Shown here: positions 34,935-46,900 of the stretch, one piece after another | Numbering within the stretch: position 1 is the first letter of the stretch | Layout: each line of letters opens with the position of its first letter | Assembly: GCA_965153285.1 (NCBI GenBank) | Contig: OZ229111.1 | Origin: Podarcis tiliguerta | Taxonomy: Eukaryota | Direction: 5' to 3' (one strand) | DNA: 64,000 nucleotides | Translations under genes and position numbers: made by a program | The notes under the pieces: model-generated | The model's database searches: none | Seen by the model: only the letters and a program-made list of their open reading frames with translations | Told to the model about the DNA's origin: nothing

Positions 34935-37900
34935 TAGAGCCCAATGATCTACTACCCAACACATTTCAAATTTAAATACAGTCATACCTCATGTTACGTA
35001 TGCTTCAGGTTGCATGTTTTCAGGTTGCATCCTGCGACAACCCGAAAGTACCAGAAAGGGTTACTTCCGGGTTTCGCCGCTCGTGCATGCGCAGACACGC
35101 AAGATGACATCGCGCGCATGCACAGAAGCAGCGAATCCCAACCAGCGTGTGCGCAGATGCAGGTTGTGCTCCTTTCAGGTTGCGAACGGGGCTCCAGAAC
35201 GGATCCCTGCTCGCAAGCAGAGGTACCACTGTACACGCTAATTCTTTAAACAGGAATATTCTAACCATCTCCAAATTTGCTTTTAAGTTCTTTTATTTGC
35301 ACATCTTCAGTGATTATAGATAAGTAATTCACAGCTGTTTGGGCTCTCCGTTTCTTGGGTCTCCTGCCTCCCACGCTCTATCACCCCGTTACCCCCCACC
35401 TCAGCTCCACCATTTCTGCCCCATAAAAAAGAGGTTTTCCTTATTCCAAAATGACTTCCGTCTCACAGAAACTGCACCTATTATCAAAACTATGCAACAG
35501 ACAGAAGCAAAATCAACACATCTGTTGAACATTCTGGCACAGAACAGCAGCTCAGCGACTAGCTAGGTGGGGAGTGGAAATAGCGTAACAGCTGTTCCTG
35601 CACAGGTCCATCTTTTTAAAATCCACTACCCACAAGTCCTCAAGATTTCTGGAAACTTAAAACTCAAATCTTATTTCATTCTGAATGCCCTGGGGAAACC
35701 ACCATCTTGACTCCCAAAGCAGCTGCGAGACTGAGCAGATCACATACTGGAAAGAGCAGTTCACTTGGTCCAAACAAGCAAAAAATAGGCCCAGAATCCT
35801 GTTTTGTTAGGTAACCATGGAAGAACTGGTGATCTGCCTTTTGTCAGAAAGACTGAAGAAGACAGGTGAAGGTAAGAGAAGAGCTTACTTCCTTGGGGAG
35901 CCCAACAGAAGAGTTGGGGTGAAGGATACATACTGAATTTTCCCCAAAAGTATTTCAAGGCTAGGGTTCAACTACCTTCCAAAACAAAGAACATTATTAA
36001 AAATTTAAAAATTAAAAAGTGACCATGGAAGCTGTGAAGGATAGGGGCAGCTTACTCACTCCAAACTAGTCTGCGCTGCTACATCAATTAAGCTACCTTT
36101 CTCAGTTTGCAAAGATTCCATATTCAAAGTAGCTGGTAAGTCATTCAGATGTTTTCTTCGTTGCTGGCCAAGGACCCTTTGGAAGTATCTGTTGACTCTC
36201 AGGATTTCCTTCAAAGGATGGTGTGAATAGTTTCCTTTTCGGTTAGGCAATCCTTATACCATAGTGCTTACATCATCACATGATAATTAACGTACTAATT
36301 TGACAACACCCACTTATAAAATAAGATGCAGGACATAATTACAAGAATATCCAATTAGACGGAGGACTGACCACAGGGACCTATATTTACATCTAAAACC
36401 AGATATCATATTGGGCATTCAACTCCCACATTGGCAATGAAAATGAGTTGTGTGATTTAACAGTCGTAATCTAGGTTTTAACCAGGTCATGATGCTCCTG
36501 CAGTTGGTAACTCATTAAAAGAAGTGCACATAACTCATATATAATTTCTGTTTGTTCTGCTAGAACAAATACCAGTAGCTGGAAGCCACAGGAGAGGAAA
36601 GTGCTCTTGGGCTTGGGTTCTGCTTGCGGGTTTCCCATCGGTATCTGCCTGGGTACAATGAGAACAGGCATTGGAACCTAGGTTTTTTGTATTTATGTGG
36701 TACTGTGCCTAACACAGAGACCCATGGATAAAGATGTGCCATTGTTGATTTTCCTGTTATGTGCATAAGGAACAACCATGTAGTTTAGCAATCTAGAGCA
36801 GGGATGTCCAACAGGTCGATCACGATCTACTGGTAGATCCCCATGAGGTTTTGGTAGATCACGGTTGATTGCTGGATCCCTTTCCTTTGTTGTTGTTGTT
36901 GTTGTTTAGTCGTTTAGTCGTGTCCGACTCTTCGTGACCCCATGGACCAGAGCATGCCAGGCATTCCTGTCTTCCACTGCCTCCCGCAGTTTAGTCAAAC
37001 TCATGTTGGTAGCTTCGTGAACACTTTCCAACCATCTCGTCGTTTGTCGTCCCCTTCTCCTTGTGCCCTCCATCTTTCCCAACATCAGGGTCTTTTCCAG
37101 GGAGTCTTCCCTTCTCATGAGGTGGCCAAAATATTGGAGCCTCAGCTTCAAGATCTGTCCTTCCAGTGAGCACTCAGGGCTGATTTCCTTCAGAATGGAT
37201 TGGTTTGATCTTCTTGCAGTCCATGGGACTCTCAAGAGTCTCCTCCAGCATCATAATTCAAAAGCATCAATTCTTTGGCAATCCCTTTCCTTAGTGTTGG
37301 TAAAATAGATTCCAGCCCTGCCCCCTCGCCCCGGCCTCCATTGCTGCATGATCTGCATAATGGAAGACGGAGTTTACTTAGGGAGGCTGTTTGTTTCTCC
37401 GCAGTGATCTGTTGCTGAGTGGTTGTTCCCCTTTTTCCCCTTGAGCTTAGGCTTGGATTATTTTCAATAATCGGGGGTTTCCTCCTCCCTAAAAAAAGCT
37501 CAACAATTTTGACCTAAACCCCCCAAAAAAGGGGTAGATCACTGCCAGTTTTAAATTCTGTGAGTAGATCGCAGTCTCTTGGGAGTTGGCCACCCCTGAT
37601 CTAGAGCAAAAGCTGAATGAAAGGATTCGCTTTCAGTCTCAGGGTCTAAATAAAGCAATTAAAAATCATAATCTAGTATCTAGTGAAGCTTGAAATGAAG
37701 CCAGTGGCAAATCTTCCACTGGAGTCGGGGTAATTGTGTGTGGTGCTGTATCATGCCGGCTTTGAAACACTAAGCCAATTCCAAGGGGCTCCTTCTGTGC
37801 CTCCATGCCTTGCGGCCTTTCTGTTAGCAGTCACACCAAATAATAAGCTCATCAAAGCATCTACATCTTGGCTTCCTCCTTTGTCTACGCTGATCTGCTG

Positions 37901-40900
37901 ACCAGCCATATGAGGCAACAAGCCATGATATTAAGATCTCCACCTCCAAATGCAGGCCTAGATTTCTCTACCTGTTCAACAATTTAAATTGAAATTTCTG
38001 GAAGTGAAAATTTAAGAAAACTTTTTTTTTAAAAAAAACTACAATTTAAATTCTGGAACTGACTGCTGCATTTTGCAGTTTTATTTTTGTTTTGAAAGTG
38101 GATTAGATATTTCTTCAACAGCAAAAACCCCACTAGATTCAGCAATAGGACAACAGCTCTGCGGCAGAATTTCGAATTCAAAGATTAGACTTATGTCTAT
38201 AGAACCACCAGCATGCATACACCACTTTCCAGATTAAGCAAAAACACAGGCTCCTGCTTCAAAGAACTTCTAATATAAAATCTAGGTGGAGAGCAGGGAT
38301 TGAGGAGAAACTGCACATCCCTTGTTTTACCTTAAGTGCAATATTCTTTAGACAAAAATGAATGCGATTGCATCTTCAATTTTTGTTTGTCCAGGCCTGT
38401 AAAAGGTAAAGGGACCCCTGACCGTTAGGTCCAGTCGTGGACGCCTCTGGGATTGTGGCGCTCATCTCGTTTTAGTGGTCAAGGGAGCCGGTGTACAGCT
38501 TCTGGGTCATGTGGCCAGCATGACTAAGCCGCTTCTGGCAAACCAGAGCAGCGCACGGAAACGCCGTTTACCTTTCCGCCAGAGCGGTACCTATTTATCT
38601 ACTTGCACTCTGACGTGCTTTCGAACTGCTAGGTTGGCAGGAGCAGGGACCGAGCAACGGGAGCTCACCCCGTCGTGGGGATTCGAACCGCCAACCTTCT
38701 GATCGGCAAGCCCAAGAGGCTCAGTGGTTTAGACCACAGCACCACCCGCATCCAGTCCAGGACTGTAGCAAAGCCTAAATTCCCTTTCCTTCCACTAACC
38801 AAGTACGTCCCATTATTCTTGAGAAAGACTGACTTCTGGAAATGTTGTAGCCCCCAATGCTAGAATGTTGGCCTGGGTCCCTCCCTCCTTCTCTCTCTCA
38901 TGCGCATGCACACAGACCTTTGTTATGTGTCCATTTCCCCCTAGCAAGTGCCACTAAATGCTATTTAAGTAGCTAATTAACTTTCTGTGCTAGAAAACCT
39001 CCTGTAATTGCGATTCTTTCACCTTTTTAGCCCAGTTCCCCAAGGGAGCTGGAGCTGTCCTCTGGCATTTGTTCTGCTCCTTCCCACCACTGAGGCAAAA
39101 GTTCTACCTTGACAGCAGCCTGCCAATCATGGCCACAAAGGTCACTAGGGACTGCATTAGGAACATTCCTGCTACAGACAAATTTGCCTAGCTACGCACA
39201 ATGGAAAAGGTGGAAGGTGGGGGGGGGGAGCAATGCTTACATGAAATTTCCATGCAACGTTGGGTAGCAGATTCAACAATCTATATATATATATATAAGC
39301 TAATAATTCTTCTGAGTTTATCGGTTAACAGATATTCCTCTCTTAAAAATGGATTACGGAGATATTCAAAGCCCAGACTGTTTATATTTTGTCTGTGCTG
39401 GCATCTGCTCCTCATCAAATAGTGGGGAAATAGAAAACAAAAGCCCTTTTGAGTGATGCTTGCAGCAATGTCAGTCATTTTCAGTATCCATGCTAATGCT
39501 ATATGGGAAACTTTCGTATCAGACCTTTACTCTTCTCTCAGAGAATCCAAAATTGCTCATGTGTGCACATGTGAGTGTGCACACACAAAACAGGATTCAG
39601 ACAAGTTATTTTGTTTGGCACTTTGATCCAAGATGAAAATACCCAGTTGTGTACACAACCCAGTTGTGTACTAAACCATGTTTAGTACAGAACACTCCAT
39701 TAGTGGGACGCTTAATAACAATAAAATAGAAAATAGAAAAGGTCAGGATTATAGCTGGTTCTAGAAACCCTATCATTGCATTAAAGGGGAACTCCCTTAC
39801 TGCTCTGGCTCAACACAAGGACACAGTTGTGTGTGTGAGTGAGAGATCATTTGTAGAACCCCACTTCATTTCCAACATATTAAAAGGGAAGAGAGAAAAG
39901 AGACAATTTTCAGGGCAATTTCACAGCCAGGGCTGTGCCTGAAGTGGAGGTTAGATACTCCTCTGAATCTGTCTGGCCAGTGTTCAGCTATGCACAGCAT
40001 GGAATCCGTTAATACACAATGTCTTTTTATATTACACCAGTTCTGATAGGCCTCCTAATTTTAAATTTAGAGCGAAAATTCATGTCCTCATTAGCCATTA
40101 TTCTTAAAATACAGTCTGCTAATAATAGAGAGAGGCCAGAGGTGATCATGTGGCACATTAGCAGGCAGGAAGTGTCCATTTTGCACATTTCCCCACTCCT
40201 CTTTTTTGTTGCTGTTTTGTTGTTTTGTTGCCCCTCTAGCCCAATATACATTCCAGTCAGTGACTGGCCCAAAAGAGCCATCCAGTGAAACTGTTGCAAT
40301 TTCGCCTACTTTGCATATTTTAATCTATACAACATATTCCAATATATTTAAGCAACAAAGAGCTTGATATTTTCAGGCTTCTGGTACAGAAGCATGGCCA
40401 ACGATTCCTCCACTAAAAAGGTTTGTTAGCTACTATAAGTGATGCAAAGAGGATAAACAGCTTAATTTAAAACGGGAATGGCAAAAAGGAAGAAGAAGAA
40501 GCTGTTAGCAGTTTGCTACGAAATAATCCATGTGCTTTAATCTGCTTTAGCCAGTCAAATGCAAGTTGTACATTCATGTATAAGTGCGCTCACTCTCCCA
40601 TTTTACACACACACACACACACACACATATATACTTGCTAAACAGGTGAGGCATGCTTCGGTAAATCCAAGGAAAGGATTTTCCTCAACATTTTTGTTGT
40701 TACAGTTGCTTAGCGGTGACAGGTCTAGTCGTTTGACACTTATGAATAAACACAGTCACACACCCCTCTGCAGCTTAACACAGCTAACCATTGAGAGGCA
40801 GGCGTGGACATGAACCTGACCTTCCTTTTAAAACAAGGCAAGTATTGCAAAAGCCAAAAGATACGTCTTTACATTCTGTACAGAAGAGGGGGGTCCTTTG

Positions 40901-43900
40901 CGCCTGGGCTTCAGCTTGTTAATAAATCAATTGAAATGTAACACTTCTCTCGCCCCCCCCCCCCGCAAAATCCTAGAGATGGAAAATGTGATTTCTTAGC
41001 ACAGCATGAAGAGAAATGTTTACCTTCCAGCTGGTCCAGCCTGGAAAAGGAGAGCTTTCTTAGCCTTGTTTATTCTATTTTATTTCATTTTTGAAAAAAA
41101 AGAATCAATGGGTCATTTTGCAACGCTTTCCCTGCCTCCCTCCTCCCTATCCATCCATGCAAAAATAAAAGTCAGAACTCATTATGCTAATTACAATCAA
41201 GCCTTTAAAAAAAAAAACCTAAGTCACTGGAAACACCTAAAGATTCTTGTTCTCAGATTCTTAGCATATTAGCAATGAGCAGAGAATCTCAAAGGGTCCT
41301 TTTTTTGCCTGGCAGATTAAAGCACCCCCCCCCCACCACCAATTTATATTCTGCTGAGAACTCCAACACTTGCTCAGCCAGCACCACCCAAAGAGATTGG
41401 CACCGCTGCTCAAAACCCACTGGAGTATGGCATAACATTCCACATACAGGGAGGGGGCAGGAATGGGGAGAGCTGACCAGAAGGGTTACCAAGAGTGTTT
41501 AATATTGTTATTTCAAGGGCTGGGATTAGGGAACCAAGCCAGGCAATTTTCGCTGCATGAGCTGCAAGGAGAGAGAGGGAGGGAGAGAGAGAGAATTCTG
41601 TTCTGAACAAAAGAGTACAGAATACAGACAGAGCGAGGCAGTGAGCAGGTAGGACAAGAAAGGATGCTCTTTGTTAAATATTAGCAATAAGTGCATTGTT
41701 AAGGCAGCCGCCAATGAAGCGCTCGTCGTAAAGCAGCGCAGAAGAACATATGGCCTATCGATGCTGGGATTAATGCTGGCTTGCAAAAACAGCCACTCTG
41801 CCTATAACAAGTAGGAATCGCCTCCAGGCAGCCAGGCAGGGAATTTCTTGTTAAAGTTGGAAGAGCCAAAAACGGCTCGCAGGAGTACGCAAAAAAGGAA
41901 GGGGGGGAAAGGCAAGCAGACCAGTAAGTATTGTTGCTGCGTAGTAACTTTTGTCAATTTGTCTGCAAGGTTAGATGAATGCCAATATCGAAGAAACAAG
42001 AACGGTGGTCATCATCAGTCCATGTTCTTAAAACCTGATTTAGCCATGAGAAGATAGCGGCAAGAAATGGCATCAACTGAAAAGGCTGAAAGGCAGAACA
42101 TGGTCCCCTCTCAACTCCCAGCAGCACAGCCAGTGGTCAGGAATGGCGAGAGTCTGCAACCCCTAGAGGGCATCATGGTAGCTATTCCTGCTCTTGCAAG
42201 GAGCAGGTTGTGCTGCTATGAGCATGGGAGAAAAAAGATGCACAATGGATGGTAGTTACAAGACTAAAGGGTGGGGTGGGGAGCAGAAACGTCAAAGGGG
42301 CCAGACTGAATGGTGGTCGAGAAACCACACTAGTCTTTTTATCTGGCATGGGAACCATTGATTTACAATAGCCCAAATGACACCTCTCCCGAACTGTTGC
42401 ATTCCTGTCCTTATATAAGCATCACTCCAGTCTTTAAAAACTGTAAAGGTAAAGGGACCCCTGACCATTAGGTCCAGTCATGGCTGACTATGGGGTTGTG
42501 GCGCTCATCTCACTTTATTGGCTGAGGGAGCCGGCGTACAGCTTCCGGGTCATGTGGCCAGCATGACTAAGCTGCTTCTGGCAAACCAGAGCAGCACACG
42601 GAAACGCCGTTTACCTTCCCGCCGGAGCGGTACCTATTTATCTACTTGCACTTTGATGTGCTTTCGAACTGTTAGGTTGGCAGGAGAAGGGACCGAGCAA
42701 CGGGAGCTCAGCCCGTTACGGGGATTCGAACCGCCGACTTCTGATCGGCAAGTCCTAGGCTATGTGGTTTAACCCACAGCACCACCCGCGTCCCTTAAAA
42801 ACTGTAGATTTTATTTATTTCTGAGCTTCCATCGCAATTGCAGAAGAGTCCTTTCAGGCACAAACTCATATAATGCTTCTGCCTCATGTGGTCTGGAGGT
42901 TGCAATCCGTGATAGGGCTGGTGACTGACTGTGTGTAAACCCTACCTCTCTCTGTTACCTGCTTGCCTTTCTGCCATCAAGCTTCGCTATCCCCTTTTGC
43001 TCCTGTCCTGCTCTCTTCTTCTGTAGAGTTCTTGGATAAACCCGTTGTCAATTTCACCTCCAGGGTGGGAGGAAACAGGAAACTTTGCCCATTTCCCCAC
43101 TGCTAAAAGAGCAAAAAGCAATCCTGGAATAGGGTTGGGGGCTGCTGCTGCTGCAGTAGCTGTAAAAGAACTGCTCCCTTCCAATGGAGCTGGGTTTGCA
43201 CCAGAATCTCCTCCCTTCTATATCCCATACACCAGACTCCTCCAACCTTTTTGGACCAGGGGAAATATGTCATGGGTAGTACCACAACATGTCCCAGTGA
43301 TTCATCTGACATCAGAACATCAGACAGTGATTTTAAAATGCCTCTCTTTTTTTTGCCTCTAACCCACCTGACCAGGGGGAAAAATACCTTTGAAAAATGT
43401 AATGTCAAAAAAGTCAGGAGCAGCAAGGGGCACTCTGGCGTCCATGGGTACCACACTGAGGTAAGGGACGTGGTGGCGCTGTGGTCTAAATCACTGAGCC
43501 TCATGGGCTTGCAGATCGTAAGGTCAGCAGTTCGAATCTGCATGAGGGGGTGAGCTCCCATTGCTTTGTCTCAATTCCTGCCAACCTAGCAGTTTGAAAG
43601 CATAGCAGCGTGAGTAGATAAATAGGGACTGCTGCAGCGAGAACGTAAACGTCGTTTCCATGCACTCTGGCTTCCGTCACGGTGTCCTGTTGCACCAGAA
43701 GTGGTTTAGTCATGCTGGCCACATGACCCAGAAAAGCTGCCTACGGACAAATGCTGGTACCACACCCCATAGTCAAATTCAACTGGACATAAATGTCCAG
43801 GGATCCTTTACCTTTATCTACACTGGGGATCCCACTCATACACATTTTTTCCAGCTTACAGCTTGTTTTTGGTTCTATCTATATCTATCTAGACAAACCT

Positions 43901-46900
43901 AGACAGCATCTTAAAAAGCAGAGACATCACCTTGCCAACAAAGGTCCGTATAATAAAAGCTATGGTTTTCCCAGTAGTGATGTATGGAAGTGAGAGCTGG
44001 ACTATAAAGAAGGCTGATCGCCGAAGAATTGATGCTTTTGAATTATGGTGCTGGAGGAGACTCTTGAGAGTCCCATGGACTGCAAGAAAATCAGACCTAG
44101 CCTAGTGCCTGGCGTGCTCTGGTCCATGGGGTCACAAAGAGTCGGACATGACTAAACGACTAAACAACAACAACAACAATATCTATCTAAAATCAAAATG
44201 TTACTTTGCACCTCCTCTTTACAGCACTGGTGCATACTGTATACTTAAGATGCTCTCTAAAGAAAAAAAAATACTCTCTTGAATTTAAGAGGAACATGAG
44301 TGGTGGCAGGTGAAAAAGATGCACAGGTAAAGCTTCCTGGTATGGGGAAGAAGAGGGGCTGCCTCAATAGACATCACATTCAATGCATGGGAGCAAGCTC
44401 ATGTACAGCTAGCAGTGAACAGAGCTGGTTTTAGCATAGTTTATGCTAAGATAATAAAATAATGTTGTTTTTTTCACTGGCACCTTAGAGCTGGAAACAG
44501 GAATGGCTGAATCCTGGATTTAGTACATGATAGGTTACATGGAATGAACAAGCCTTTTTTCTTGCTTTCCCCTCAACTTTTTCTCTTTTCAGATATTTAA
44601 ATCATGGGGCTGGCTCTCAGTGAGCTTTCCAGTTTGGTCAATAAAAAAACTAGGGGAACCAGTTAGAAGAGCATGTACATGCAACCACTTGTTAAACCAG
44701 TTGCCTGCATTACTCCAATCTGACCACTTACCTGCTTCCTAAGATTTCTGGCAATATAACCATCAAACACTCTTCTCGATTAATTTAAGTCACGGTGACC
44801 TCCAGGCACATGTCTAGAGGTTTTGTGATGATGCCTTTTTGCAAAAATTGTAGGGTGGAACTAGGGTGGGATACTAGAATATTGCATTACTGGTAAGGAA
44901 CAGCCACAGGAGACAAAGAGATTACAGAAACTACCAGTTTCCAAAATACTGATGGAATCAGATTCTTTCTAGGGATGTTAAGTAACTGAATGAATTGCAT
45001 TCCCAATCTCCTTCGCCTCAGAATTTTAGTTTTCTAGGTGCAGATATCATTTCAACACCGGAGAGCAACCTAACATTTATTACCCGTTTTCATACAGCCT
45101 GAAATAGTGCACAGCCCAGGAGCAGTTTTACCTCCTGATCTTCTACTTAATGTGGAATGCGCTTCAAAACCCAACAAGATTTCATGCGATTAGCAAACGC
45201 TGCACAAATGCTTTCAAAGGTAACTTCTGCCTGCAAGCATAAGGACTAGAAACTTGGTTCTTTTCGATGCATGAATGGAAAAAGCAACACAGGAATCTGA
45301 GGCAGCAACTACATCTTGCATCACAGACATCAATGGCATGCAAAATTAAGACCTTCCTGCCAGAACTCTCCATTAAAATGCACATATATCACTCTCCTAA
45401 AACCTTCATGTTTTAGGTCATCTTTCATCCAGGCTTCCGTGGGAGAAAAGGAAACCGATGGATTCTGCATTGTCCTCTACTTGAAGGCACACACACACTT
45501 CAGCTCTCTCAATCATTGTCTCTCCAAGGACATGAGGTCAGAGGCCATGTCCTTAGAGAAGAAGATGTTAGCCAATCACAGCACAGCAGCGGCAAATTGT
45601 TTAATCACCAGAAAGCAGCCTGCCCATGCAACCTTCCTGGAAGAAACTGAAGGGCACAAGGATCAAGATGGGCTACTTGCAAGTGGAGGAACAGTGATGA
45701 TTTTGCACTCAGAAGGCAAGCAGGTCCATCAGCAGCTATGCCTGCCAAAATGTAAGGCAGGCAATAAATGGCAGAGTTTGATTAGTTGCTAGCCCAGATG
45801 ATATAGCAAGAAAAGGGCATGTTATCTCCCGAGAAAGATCAATGATAGAATTTTCTTCTGAAGAAAAGCAGAAGGTTGGGACAGCCTCCACCTAGGTTTA
45901 AATTTAGATGTCTCTGGTGTTCCTTTGGTTATCCAAAGCTGTGCTGAGAAAAGTGCGCCATCTACTGGACGCATGAAGAGATGACCTCTGATTGCTAGTT
46001 TTTTTGAGAGCACAGAAAATGTGTTGAATACAGAATAGGAGAGGGGCAAGGAAGAAAAAAGAAGGACCCAACCTATTCATCCTCCCAAAATCAAGAGGCT
46101 TGATGGCAGTGGGAAAATGCAACACAATACTGGTCATGGGATGAGTTAGCCCAAACCAGATTGTACAACAGTTTCATGAAACCTTGTTCATTTGAATGCG
46201 GGTACTCCAGACAAATCACAATCTGTAACCAAGGTTCGCCCTTGGTTTACTGCTCATGGTTTGCCTAGACCAGGCATCCCCAAACCTGGCCCTCCAGCTG
46301 TTTTGGGACTACAACTCCCATTATCCCTAGCTAACAGGACCAGTGGCCAGGGATGATGGGAATTGTAGTCCCAAAACACCTGGAGGGTTGAGTTTGGGGA
46401 TGCCTGGCCTAGACTCTAGAGCAGTGGTGTCCAAATTTTTTTCAAAGAGGGCCAGATCTGATGAAGTGAAGGGCCGTGAGGGCTGACCAAAGGGCCAACC
46501 TAGGTTTTTGACCTTTTTTTATGATTTTACCCCAAAGCTGTTGACCTTTTTTTAGGATTGAAGTTGTTGTTGAGGGTTTTTTAGGATTTTACCACAGGAA
46601 ATAAATTGCCACAGGGGCTGGATTAAACCAAGTGGCGGGCCAGATTGGGCCCCCAAAACAGACTTTGGACATGCCTGCTCTAGAGCCAGGCAAACCAGAA
46701 GCCTAAGTTTGGAAGCCACGCTAAACCAAACCAGGGCTTAACTCCAGGTAGCATGGTAGAAGGATGACTGGGTGTGGAGTGAAGTGGATGCAATTTTTGC
46801 TTTACCCATATACTCATGTGTTCACACTTAGCTTAGTGTTATATGTCAAGCGGGAAATACAGGATAAAGTAAAAGGAAGTGGAAGATAAGGGAAAGAGGA

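Noticed and set aside
44726-44816. Cryptic exon at a perfect CAG|GTAAGT donor
   Set aside because: No convincing acceptor upstream; the same 9-mer also occurs on the antisense strand (about 15143, 21179), so chance occurrence is plausible.
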